DNA of 64,000 bases from an uncultured delta proteobacterium (lineage in GTDB: Bacteria > Myxococcota > Myxococcia > Myxococcales > Anaeromyxobacteraceae), in NCBI GenBank assembly GCA_963814585.1, contig CAWFDF010000012.1:1-64000 (forward strand). The letters run 5' to 3'. Under the pieces are notes generated by a model that did no database searches, was not told where the DNA came from, and saw only the letters and a program-made list of their open reading frames with translations. The translations under genes and the position numbers were made by a program. The number at the start of each line of letters is the position of its first letter. The stretch's first letter is position 1. Positions 54,775-64,000 of this stretch are shown here, in pieces.

Positions 54775-56109
54775 TCAGGGCTTCGTCTTCGGGACCGGAT
54801 TCTGGGCCGGCTTCTGGGTCGGAGGAGGTGGGACATCGCCCTTCCCGCCTCCCGGACCACCTGCCCCCACCCCAGGCTCGCCCGCCGGCGGCCGGGCCGC
54901 CTCGGCCGCCTTCCGGTCGGCGTCGGACTGCATCTGCCGGGCGGCCTCGGCGGCGGCCCGGGACTGCTCCACCTGCTCCTGGCACTCCCGGATCAGGCGG
55001 GGCACCGGGGAACCCTGCGGGAGCACCGGGCCGGCCGTCCGCTCGTACTGGTCGAACGAGCGGAGCGCCCCCTGGCAGTCCCCCTGATCGCGCATCTGCA
55101 GCACGCCGCGCGCCAGGTGGACCTCGGGGAGCTTCCCGGCCGCCAGCCGCTCGGCCGCGGCGTAGGCCGCCAGGGCCTCCTCCTGCTTGCCGTCGTGCCG
55201 GTAGGCGATGCCGAGCACCAGCTGGACCGCGGCGCTCGACGGGTCGTCGACCAGCGCCCTGGCGGCCAGCGACTCCACCTCGCCCCAGCGCTCCTCCTTC
55301 ACCGCCACCCCGAGGAGGCCCAGCCGGGCCGCCGCCATCCCGGGCTGGATCGCCAGGGCCTTCTTCCACTGCGCCGCCGCCCCGGCCTCGTCGCCCTGAC
55401 GGGCGAGCAGCTGTCCGGAGAGCCAGGCCACCGCGGCGTCGTCGGGAGCGCTCTTCTGGAGCCGCAGCGCCACCAGCCTGGCGAGGTCGAGGTCGCCGCG
55501 TGCCAGGGCCACGCGCAGCATGGTGGTGCGGGCGCCCACCGAGGCCGGGTCGCGCAGGAGCGCCTCGCGGGCGTAGTGCCAGGCCTCGTCGAGCTGGCCG
55601 GACTGCCGGTAGAGCGCGGCCAGCCGCTCTCGAGAGACCGCGTCGTCCGGGAAGTCCCGGGCCGCGGCGGCGTAGGCGGCCTGGGCGCCGCGCAGGTCGC
55701 CGGCCTTCTCGAGGAGGACGCCGAGGTTGGCGGCCGCCTGCTTGAGGGGCTTGCTCGACAGGGCCTGCTGGTACTCGGCTCGCGCCTCGGCGTCGCGGCC
55801 CTGGCGCTCCAGCGTCACCCCGAGGTTGTAGCGGCCTTCCGGCAGCTCGCCGGCGGCGAGCACGGCCCGCCAGCGCCGCTCGAGGATGGCCCAGTCGACG
55901 GCCTTGGCCTTCTCCATCTCCTCGCGGGCCTGGACCGCCTCGTCGAAGAGCCGGCGTCCCGCGACGGAGAGGGGCTCGGACGGATCGTACGGGGGAGGCG
56001 TCGGGGCGACGCGGGCCGGCTTCTCCGCCGGAGACGGGGCGACCGGCGCGCCGGCGCAGCCGGCCAGCAGCACCGCGAGGGCGGCGGAGACCCTGGAGGG
56101 CGCGGTCAC
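54775..56109 (-). CDS. gltE: TPR lipoprotein GltE/AglT
   Basis: GTG start overlaps the upstream stop; LLAGC lipobox; YNLG TPR repeats. Confidence 0.78.
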   Translation of the reverse strand: MTAPSRVSAALAVLLAGCAGAPVAPSPAEKPARVAPTPPPYDPSEPLSVAGRRLFDEAVQAREEMEKAKAVDWAILERRWRAVLAAGELPEGRYNLGVTLERQGRDAEARAEYQQALSSKPLKQAAANLGVLLEKAGDLRGAQAAYAAAARDFPDDAVSRERLAALYRQSGQLDEAWHYAREALLRDPASVGARTTMLRVALARGDLDLARLVALRLQKSAPDDAAVAWLSGQLLARQGDEAGAAAQWKKALAIQPGMAAARLGLLGVAVKEERWGEVESLAARALVDDPSSAAVQLVLGIAYRHDGKQEEALAAYAAAERLAAGKLPEVHLARGVLQMRDQGDCQGALRSFDQYERTAGPVLPQGSPVPRLIRECQEQVEQSRAAAEAARQMQSDADRKAAEAARPPAGEPGVGAGGPGGGKGDVPPPPTQKPAQNPVPKTKP

Positions 56110-59100
56110 TGGAGCAGGTCCTCGTCGTCGCCCTTCCTGGGGCGCGGGAGCGGGTCGTCGGGGGCTGGCGGCGGCGGTTCCTTGCCACGCACGGCCGGCT
56201 TCGGCGTCCCCCTGGCCGGGGTGGGCTGCCTGAGCGGCGGCGCCGGTGCCGCGCTCCCGCCGCGGGCCGGGGCGGCCCCCCGCTTGACCGCGGGGGCCTG
56301 CGGCTCGAGGGCCGCCAGCAGCGGGTAGCCGGTGGGACGCTCGGCGAGCTCGACGGCGGGCAGGGCCGGCAGGGCTTCCTGGGTGGGGCCGAGCTCCGGC
56401 TTCTTCTGCATCGCCGCCAGCATGGCCCGCGAGGCGCAGTCGTTCCGGACGCCGAGCTCGCGCGCCTTGGTGGCGGCCAGCTCGAAGCCATCCTGCGCCT
56501 TGGTCTCCAGGGGCTCCGCCTGCTCGGCCAGCTGCGCCTTGTAGACCTCGACCATCTCCTTGTCCCCCTTGATCTCCTTGGGGATGGGCGCCTCGTTGAG
56601 CGCGCGGCCGAGGTGCCGGTAGAGCATGCCGATCCGCTCCAGCGAGCAGACCGCCGGCCCGGCCACCCCCAGCTTCACCACCGCGGTGTAGTCCTCCTCG
56701 AGCTTCTTGAGGCGCCCCGCCATCCGCTTCAGCTGGTACTCCAGGTCCCGCTGGGAGACGTTGAGGTTGAGCTTCTGGTACTCCGCCCAGGACGGCTCCA
56801 GGGCCCGGAACATGGCCTCGGCGGCGATGGGCAGCCCCTTGTCCTTCACCTGGTTCCGGTTCTTCTTCCAGTGGTCGAGCCCCTGCTCGTAGGCGGCGCG
56901 GGCGCCGGCGGCGTTCCCGGCCTTCTCCATCAGCCCGGCGATGCGCTGCTGCGCCGCCAGCCACTCGTCGGGGGTCCTGGCGTAGCGGCGCTGGTACTCC
57001 TCGAGCCGCTTCAGCTCCTTCTGCACGGCCCCCTGCCGCGCCGCCAGGTCGGCCAGCGAGAGCGACAGCCGCGCCGCGTCCTCCCCGTCGGGCCAGACCT
57101 CCAGGTAGGCCAGGCTGTCCGCCTCGGCCCGGGCCCAGTCGCGCAGGCCGGCGCGGAAGACCGCGGCGTTGACGATGGCGTCGAGGGCCTTCTTCTCCTC
57201 GTAGACCGGGGACGGCGCGGGCGCCGCGGGCGCGGGCGGCGGCCCTGGGGTCCTTCCTGGCCGGCGCGGGCGCGGGGGGCCTGGCCGGGGTGGCGGCGCG
57301 GGACTTCCGCCACTCGCGGAAGTACCGCTCGTAGGCGTCGGCCGCCCGCTGGAAGTCGGCGATGGCCTCGTAGCCGGAGGCGTTGTCGAAGAGGCAGCGT
57401 GGCGCCAGCGGGTCGTTGGGGAAGCGCTGCAGCAGCTGCTCGCGCACCTCCATGGACCTGTCCACGCGGCTGGCGCGGGCGTAGTCGACCGAGGCGTTGT
57501 AGAGCGCGGTCGGCGCCAGCCGGGTGGCGGGCCAGTCGCGCACGAAGGCCAGGTAGCTCTCGGCGGCGGCCTCCCACTCCCGGGCCTTCTCCTGCTCCTC
57601 GATGATCTTGAACGCGCTCTGCTCGATCACCTTGGGCAGGTCGTCCTTGAGCTTGGGGTGGGCGCCCACCAGCGCCTGGTTGGCGAAGAAGCGCCGCGCC
57701 CAGGCGTTGAGGTTCCGCCAGTCGCCCAGCTCGTTGTAGGCGTCGAGCACCAGGTTGGTGGCGTACTCCGACTCCTCCGCGCCAGGGTGGTCGAGGGCCA
57801 CCTTGGTGAAGAGGTCGATGGCCTCGGCGTAGTCGAAGTGGTCGTAGGCGAGCCTGGCGGCGCGATAGGCCGCCTTGGAGGCCAGCGGTCCGTCCGGCCG
57901 CCAGCGGACGTAGCGGCGGTAGGCCTCCGCCAGCTTGAGCCGCTGCGGGGCCATGGCCAGCCGCTTCTTGGGTCCGGCCGGTGGCGGCGGCAGCGGCGGG
58001 AGGGCCTTGACCGCCTCCTCGTGCGCGAAGAGCGAGCCCTCCAGGGCGTCGTTGAACCACTTCCCGGCCTTGGCGCCGCTCTCTCCGCTGCGGACCTGCC
58101 TGGCCTTGCCCTCCATGGCGGCCACGTCGAGCAGGACCACGCGGTCGTACTCGTCGCCGGCCGCGGCGAACCTGCCGAGGGCGTAGAGCAGCTCGGCGTG
58201 GTAGAAACGCATCTCGTAGGCCGAGGCGCTGGTGCCGAAGACCTCCAGGTAGTCGGCGTAGACGCTGATGGCGAACCCCGCCACCGCCTGGTCGTCGGTC
58301 TTCTTCCACTCGTTGTGGTAGCGCAGCGCCAGGTAGCGCAGCGTGTTCTCCGCGGTGGAGCGGGCCTCGGCGGTGAGCTTGGCGTTGGCCGGATCCTTCC
58401 CGCGGGGCGAGGCCTCGAACTCCTCGAGGACCTTCACGAAGACGTGGGCCTGCTGGACCGCGATGTCCTTCTTCCCCATCCGGCCGGCCATGGTCACGAT
58501 GCGTGACTGGAGCATGGGCGCGTCGGGCGCCACCGGATCCTGCCTGATGAGCCGGTGATAGACGAGGATGGCCTCGCGGTCCTGCCCGTCGGTCCAGTAG
58601 ATGTCACCGAGCGTGCGGATCATGTCCCGGACGCCGGCCTCGCCGCCGACGCGCCTGAAGTCCTCCCAGGCCGCCTCGGCGCTGCCCACGTGCGGCCAGG
58701 TGCGGACGTAGTCCTTGCGGGCCTCTTTCACCAGCGCCAGCTTCCGGTCGGCCGGGATCGAGGAGGTGGGCAGCTCGCCGAAGTAGACCACGGCGCGAAA
58801 GAGGTCGAGCGCGGCCGGGAAGTTGCCCAGGTTGAACTGCACCCAGCCCTGCTTGTAGAGCGCGTACCCGTAGACCGAGCTCTCCTGGTAGCTGGCGGCC
58901 TTCCGGTAGGCCTCCAGCGCCTTCTGCAGCTGCCCGGCCCGGTCCCCCTTGTTGGCCTTCTCGAAGTAGTACTCGCCGAAGGCCATCCAGGCGTCGGGGA
59001 CGTAGGGCGAGTCGGGGAAGCCCTTGATGAGCGCCCGGTAGGCCTTCATGGCGTCCTCGTCGGCCCGGTCGCGCTGCAGCAGGTTGCGGGCCAGGAAGAA

Positions 59101-59664
59101 GAGCACCTCGTCGAGCCGCTCGTACTTCGGGTACTTCTTGATGATGGCGCGGTAGAGCGCCACCGCCTGCTTCTGCAGCGCCCGGTACTGCCGCTCGTCC
59201 TCGGCCCGCTCCGCCTGGAGCCCGGGGAGCCGTGGGTCCCCCTTGGCGAGCGCGATGATCACGCCGTCCTTGCGGTTGGCCTCGAAGAAGAAGTACTGCG
59301 ACTCCTCCCAGAGCAGCTCGGCCAGCCGGAAGTAGTAGCCGGGGGCGTCCTTGTCGCCGTCGCCCGCCGAGAGCTTGATGAGCTTCTGCAGGCTGGCGAT
59401 CTCCTCGCGCCGCTTGCTGGAGAGCTTCACCTCGATGCCGGCGCGGAACTGCTCGAACGCCAGCGCCGGGCCGGCCGGCCCCTGGTCGGCCTTCCTGGCA
59501 ACCTCCAGCTTCCCCTCCAGGGCGGCGTCGGGGCCGATGCTCCGCTTCTGGCCGAGCGAGCCCCCGCCTGGATCGCCGCGCGGATCGGCGGCGGCCACCC
59601 CACCCGGAGGGAGCGCGAGGGCCAGCGCCAGGGCGCCGGCGAGGACGGCGGCAGAGCGGTGCAC
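56106..59664 (-). CDS. gltD: TPR protein GltD/AgmU with a frameshift near 57230
   Basis: The N-terminal part of ORF 54775..59664 shifts in a Pro/Ala linker into the frame of 56106..57026. Confidence 0.78.
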
Positions 59665-59688
59665 GAGGTGGCTCCTCCTGGCGGTCGG

Positions 59689-61493
59689 TCAGCGGTCCGC
59701 CGGCCGGGGCGGGCGATCCTTGCAGCCCTTGGTCAGCGTGTACGAGTAGGTCCCGAGCTCGTCGCGCCAGAACTCGCCCTCATACGGCCAGTACAGGTGC
59801 TCGTCGGAGACGGCGTGGGTCCAGCGCAGGTCCTTGACCACCTCGACCTGGCTGCCGGCCGCCAGCGAGCCCTCCAGCGCCTGGCGCTCCTGGCGCGAGA
59901 CCTCGATGGAGATGCGCAGCGCCTGGGCCAGCATGGAGCGGAGCTGGTCGCGCTCGTACTCCAGCTTGGCGCGGGCGCGCAGCCCGGCCTCGGTGGTCAG
60001 CTGGGTCTTCTCCCGGGCCAGCCGCTGCTTGAGCGAGGAGGCCAGGGGCGAGGCGCGGAAGGCCTGGCTGCGATCGCCGATGCCGTGGTCCACCTCGGCG
60101 TCGATCTCGGCGGCGGCGTCGGAGAGCCGCTTGATGGAGGGGTCGGTGAACGCCAGCCGCCGCACCCGGGGGCTCACCGCCTGCTCGAGGAAGACCGACG
60201 GGGCCGAGGGCCTGGCGGCCAGCGCCACCAGCTCGTCGTAGAGCGGCTCGTAGGAGGAGGTGAAGGTCTCCAGCACCAGGCGCGCCTCGGGGTAGCGGCA
60301 GTTCTCGTAGTAGACGATGGCCTTCAGCACCCAGGACTCGGGGAAGTACTCGTCCTTGAAGTAGGCCGACTGGAGCGTGAGCAGGTTGCCGAGCGCCTTC
60401 TCGTGCTCGCCGATCCGGTAGTGGGCGTAGGACGCCTCCCACAGCCCTTCCAGCCACTGGGTCCCGCCCCACGGCATCTTGCCGTAGTAGAAGATGGCGT
60501 AGCGGTTCTGCCGGTTCTGGTAGTGGAGCCGGGCCAGCTGCAGGAAGGCCAGCTCGCGCAGCTCGGCGTCGCCGGCCCGACCCTTCTTCGGGTTGGTGAG
60601 CCGGACCACCTCCTTGAACCTCTCGCTGGCGGCCTGCTCGTCGGCGAGCGCGAAGCGCGCCAGCCCGTCGACGAACAGGGCGCGGGCGAAGATGTCGCCG
60701 TCCTCCTCGGCCCCCACCACCTGCGTGGCGCTGGCCCCGGCCTCACGCCGCACCAGCTGGGCCAGCCGGCTGGCCTCGCGCCAGGAGGCGCGGGCCTCCT
60801 CGGTCTTGCCGGCCTCTTCCAGGGCGCGGCCGCGCTCGAACTCGTACTTGGCCAGCAGGAAGTGGAAGCGGTCCTGGTACTCGGGCGGCGCGCCCTCGCG
60901 GGCATGGCGGGCCACCCGCGGCAGCACCTCCTGCTCGCTGGCGGTGGTGCGGCTCACCTTGAAGAGCCACTCCAGCGCGCTGTGGAAGTACCGGGTGCGG
61001 GACGGGCCACGCTCCAGGATCTCGTCGAGGTAGCCGAGCGCCGAGTGGTCGAGCCCGGCCAGCGACAGCGACCTGGCCAGCTGGAAGCGGGCCTCGTCGT
61101 GGGCCTCGGCGAGCCCCGGCTCGCGCAGGATGGCGTCGAACGCCACCGCCGCGGCGTCGTAGGCCTTCTGGTCGGCCAGCTTCCTGGCGGCCTCCAGCCG
61201 GGCCCTGGACTGGCTGCCGCTGGGCGGGACCGGCGCCAGGCCGGGACCGTCGCTCCGCGGCGGCGCCGGCTCGGTCCTGGCCGGCTCGGTCCTGGCCGGC
61301 TCCGGCCCTGGCAGGCTCCGGCTTCTTCGGTTCGGCCTTCTTCTTGGGATCCGCCTTCTTCGGCTCCGCCTTCTTCGGGGCCGGCTTCTTGGCTTCGGCC
61401 GGCGGCGCGCCCAGGTCGAGCCCGAGCTGGGCGCCGGCCGGCGAGGCCAGCGCCAGGGCGAGGAGCACCGCGGTGGCGGACGAGCGCGCGCAT
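59689..61493 (-). CDS. gltC: TPR protein GltC/AgnA with frameshifts near 61478 and 61310
   Basis: Repaired N-terminus MRALVATAVLLALALA..; C-terminal YWPYEGEFWRDELGTY. Confidence 0.8.
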
Positions 61494-62275
61494 CAGGTGC
61501 CTCCCCCAGCCGCCCGCGGGCTGGTCGGGAAGAAGAACGAGAGGCCGAGCTCGAGGAAGAGCTGGTTCTGCAGGTCGGTGCGCGGCTGGTTGCCGGAACC
61601 CTCGATCCAGTTGGGGACCTCCACGGCGTAGACGTAGTCCTTGACGTCGAAGCGGAGCGCCATGAAGCGGCTCAGGAAGATCCGGACGCCGATGCCGACG
61701 TGGCCGCCGATGGTCGAGGTGGTCGGGGGCTTGCCGCCGGCGGCGGCCAGGGCCTCGGCGTCGGCGCGCGACAGCACCTCGTCATGGGAGATGTAGTCGG
61801 CGCCCGCCATGAGGGCGAGGTCGAAGTGGAGCACCTGCTCGGCGCCCAGGTTGAGCTTCCCGTAGACCGGCGCCCAGGCCACCTCGGCCCCGGCCATCAT
61901 CCGGATCGCCCCCGGCACCTGCCAGAGCTGCGTCGGCGACGCCGGGTGACAGCCCTGGTTGACGGGGCAGACCACCGTCGAGCCGGTGGGCTCGGTCGTG
62001 CCCATGGCGAAGGTGCCGCCCACCGAGAGGAACTCGGTGAAGTGCCAGCCCACCTTCACGCCGCCGAGGTACTTCTTGAAGAAGGCGTCGTTGAAGGAGA
62101 GGTCGAAGGTCGGCGACACCTCGAGCCGGCCCGCCTTCTGGTGGAGCTGCCCGGAGATCGGCTTGATCTTCCCCTCGAAGGCGTCGGCCTTGTTGGCGGC
62201 GCGGGCCGCGCCCGGCAGGAGCGCGGCGAGGAGGAGCGCCAGCCCGGCGGCGCGCGTGGTGGCGGCGGCGCTCAT
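61493..62275 (-). CDS. gltA: Outer-membrane beta-barrel GltA
   Basis: KAGRLEVSP..SFNDAFF, WAPVYGK, LSFFFP; order relative to gltB and gltC. Confidence 0.75.
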   Translation of the reverse strand: MSAAATTRAAGLALLLAALLPGAARAANKADAFEGKIKPISGQLHQKAGRLEVSPTFDLSFNDAFFKKYLGGVKVGWHFTEFLSVGGTFAMGTTEPTGSTVVCPVNQGCHPASPTQLWQVPGAIRMMAGAEVAWAPVYGKLNLGAEQVLHFDLALMAGADYISHDEVLSRADAEALAAAGGKPPTTSTIGGHVGIGVRIFLSRFMALRFDVKDYVYAVEVPNWIEGSGNQPRTDLQNQLFLELGLSFFFPTSPRAAGGGT

Positions 62276-63120
62276 TGCGGGTACACGTACTGGAAGGAGG
62301 TGGGGAAGAAGAAGCTCACCCCCACGTTGGCGACGAAGACCGTCTGGGTGGTGGCCGGCACCGAGACGATGGGCTGGTCCGGGTAGAAGGTCGCCAGCAG
62401 CCCCAGCTCGAACGCCATCCACTCCTTCGGGTAGAAGCGGACGCCGCCGCCGAACTCCGCGGCCGGGTGCGGCCCTTCGTTGCGGGGGGCGTCGCTGGTG
62501 GCGCTCCAGACCACGCCGAAGCCGGCCGAGAGGAAGACGTCGAAGTGGACGATGGCGTCGCCCAGGAAGGCGGCCTTCCCGTACACCGGCGACCAGACGC
62601 CGTCCATCATGGCCTGCGAGTAGATCTGCGAGGTGAGCAGCTGGCTCTGGAAGGCCAGCTTGCCGACGCGGGCGTTGTCGGCCCGGAACGGCGTGTAGTA
62701 GGCGCCGCGCACCGCGAGCGCGAAGCTGTCCTGGAAGCTGTAGGCGAGCCGCAGGCCCCCGCCGACCTTCTGGTAGAAGGCGTCGTTCACGGTGAGCGAG
62801 AGGATGGGCGCCACCTCGAAGCGGCCCCGCTTGAGGAAGCCCTTGCGCTGGACCGCCTTGACCCGATCGCCCAGCGCCACGTCGCGCTCGCCGAAGAGCG
62901 TGGCCCCGGCGGCTGGCGCTGCCGGCGCCGGCTTCTCCTTGGCCCGGTCCTTGGCCTGCGGAGCCGTCAGGTCGAGCGGAGCGACCTCGGTCGGCTCGGG
63001 CGCCGGCTTTCGCGCCTCGGCCTTGGCCGGCGCGGAGAGGTCGAGTCCCTGGAGCTCCTGCGCGCCCGCCGGCGCGCCGAAGGCCAGGACCAACCATCCG
63101 ATGATCAGCCCTCTGTGCAT
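62272..63120 (-). CDS. gltB: Outer-membrane beta-barrel GltB
   Basis: VKAVQRKGFLKRGRFE, NDAFY, WSPVYGK, VSFFFP. Confidence 0.75.
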   Translation of the reverse strand: MHRGLIIGWLVLAFGAPAGAQELQGLDLSAPAKAEARKPAPEPTEVAPLDLTAPQAKDRAKEKPAPAAPAAGATLFGERDVALGDRVKAVQRKGFLKRGRFEVAPILSLTVNDAFYQKVGGGLRLAYSFQDSFALAVRGAYYTPFRADNARVGKLAFQSQLLTSQIYSQAMMDGVWSPVYGKAAFLGDAIVHFDVFLSAGFGVVWSATSDAPRNEGPHPAAEFGGGVRFYPKEWMAFELGLLATFYPDQPIVSVPATTQTVFVANVGVSFFFPTSFQYVYPQ

Positions 63121-63271
63121 GTCCCTCCGCGGTCGAGAGCCAGCATCGTAGCGAATGGCCGGGGGGGCGGCAATCTCAGTTGCCCCCAATCTCGCGTGTG
63201 CCCGCGGCGCCTACATCCGCGTTCCTTGCTGGCCGGTCGCGCACCGTGATAACGGTTGGCGCTGGCACCCC

Positions 63272-63697
63272 ATGCGCCTCGCCTCCTCAGCACTGGCCTT
63301 GACCCTCGCCAGCTCCATGCTGGCGGGATGCCAGTCGCCCGACGTCGGGCAGCGCTGCGAGCTGGTCTGGAACACCTCGCCCGGCGCGCCGCCGGCGCCG
63401 ACGCCGGCCACCATCGCCTCCGAGTACTTCGAGACCGGGAACACCGCCTGCGACGACCTGGTCTGCATCGTCTCGCCGCAGGCGCCTGGCGAGCGCTACT
63501 ACGACTGCGCCGGCACGCAGTGCGGCTACTGCTCCAAGCCCTGCGTCTCCGACAAGGACTGCTTCCAGTCGGAGACCGGCCTGGTCTGCCGCCAGGTGGT
63601 GCTCGACCCGGCCTTCATCGCCGGGCTCGACCCCGAGACCCGCGCCACCTACCTGGCCGACATCCAGTTCTCGAGCTACTGCGCCGTCCCACGATGA
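63272..63697 (+). CDS. gltK: Cys-rich gliding lipoprotein GltK/CglC
   Basis: LAGC lipobox, CDDLVC, GYCSKPC; divergent from gltB. Confidence 0.8.
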   Translation: MRLASSALALTLASSMLAGCQSPDVGQRCELVWNTSPGAPPAPTPATIASEYFETGNTACDDLVCIVSPQAPGERYYDCAGTQCGYCSKPCVSDKDCFQSETGLVCRQVVLDPAFIAGLDPETRATYLADIQFSSYCAVPR

Positions 63698-64000
63698 CGC
63701 CGCGCCTCGCCCGGGCCGCTCCGGCCCTGGTCCTCCTCGGCTCCCTCGCCTGCGCCGCCCGCCCCCCCGCCGAGCCGGTGGCGGCCGCCCCGCCGCCGCG
63801 GGTGATCGTGGTGACCGCCGCGGGCGCCCGGCTCCCGGTGACCGTCGAGCTGGCGCGCACCGACGAGGAGCGGGAGCGCGGGCTGATGAACCGGCGCGAG
63901 CTGGCGCCGGAGGCGGGCATGCTCTTCCTCTTCTCGGAGAACGAGCCGCGGGCCTTCTGGATGAAGAACACGCTCATCCCGCTCGACATGCTCTTCATCG
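63694..64000 (+). CDS. DUF192 lipoprotein (partial, runs off the window end)
   Basis: VELART.EERERGLM.R..GMLFLF..FWMKNTLIPLDMLFI. Confidence 0.9.
   Translation, partial: MTPRLARAAPALVLLGSLACAARPPAEPVAAAPPPRVIVVTAAGARLPVTVELARTDEERERGLMNRRELAPEAGMLFLFSENEPRAFWMKNTLIPLDMLFI

Noticed and set aside
54775..59664. 1629-aa ORF as a gltD-gltE fusion
   Set aside because: The middle section is out-of-frame sequence after a frameshift near 57230. The real gltD C-terminus is in ORF 56106..57026, and gltE has its own lipobox start.

Overview
Very GC-rich DNA, most likely from a Myxococcota (Anaeromyxobacter-like) genome, in three parts. (1) 1-3150: accessory DNA with a Cys-rich lipoprotein esterase and hypothetical genes, possibly an older element at the same tRNA. 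(2) 3151-29608: a ~26.4 kb genomic island at tRNA-Pro(CGG). It is bounded by a perfect 44-bp repeat of the tRNA 3' end, has 26-bp arm-like repeats and an excisionase, and has no integrase. Its cargo is a thiol/selenol, arsenic and copper redox kit. This includes arsenosugar-type genes (ArsM-like methyltransferase, ArsS radical SAM, CMD, two glycosyltransferase-like proteins, flavin disulfide reductases, DUF547, VTT, PiT), EgtB/EgtD plus CysK, a bufferin-type MNIO RiPP cluster, and two ECF sigma factors. It also includes three selenoproteins that the ORF track splits at in-frame TGA codons (two PrdB/GrdB-like UxxC, one AhpD-like CxxU), each followed by a SECIS-like hairpin. A conserved ECF-type promoter (G[T/C]AA[C/T]-N15-GAGTC) occurs 11 times in the island, in front of most operons, which suggests one portable regulon. 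(3) 29640-64000: host genes pepP, M61 peptidase, kdd, tRNA-Leu(TAA), ffh and a contiguous gliding-motility cluster gltK/BACDEFGHIJ. Several single-base frameshifts look like sequencing errors. Family assignments come from motif recognition only; no searches were run.
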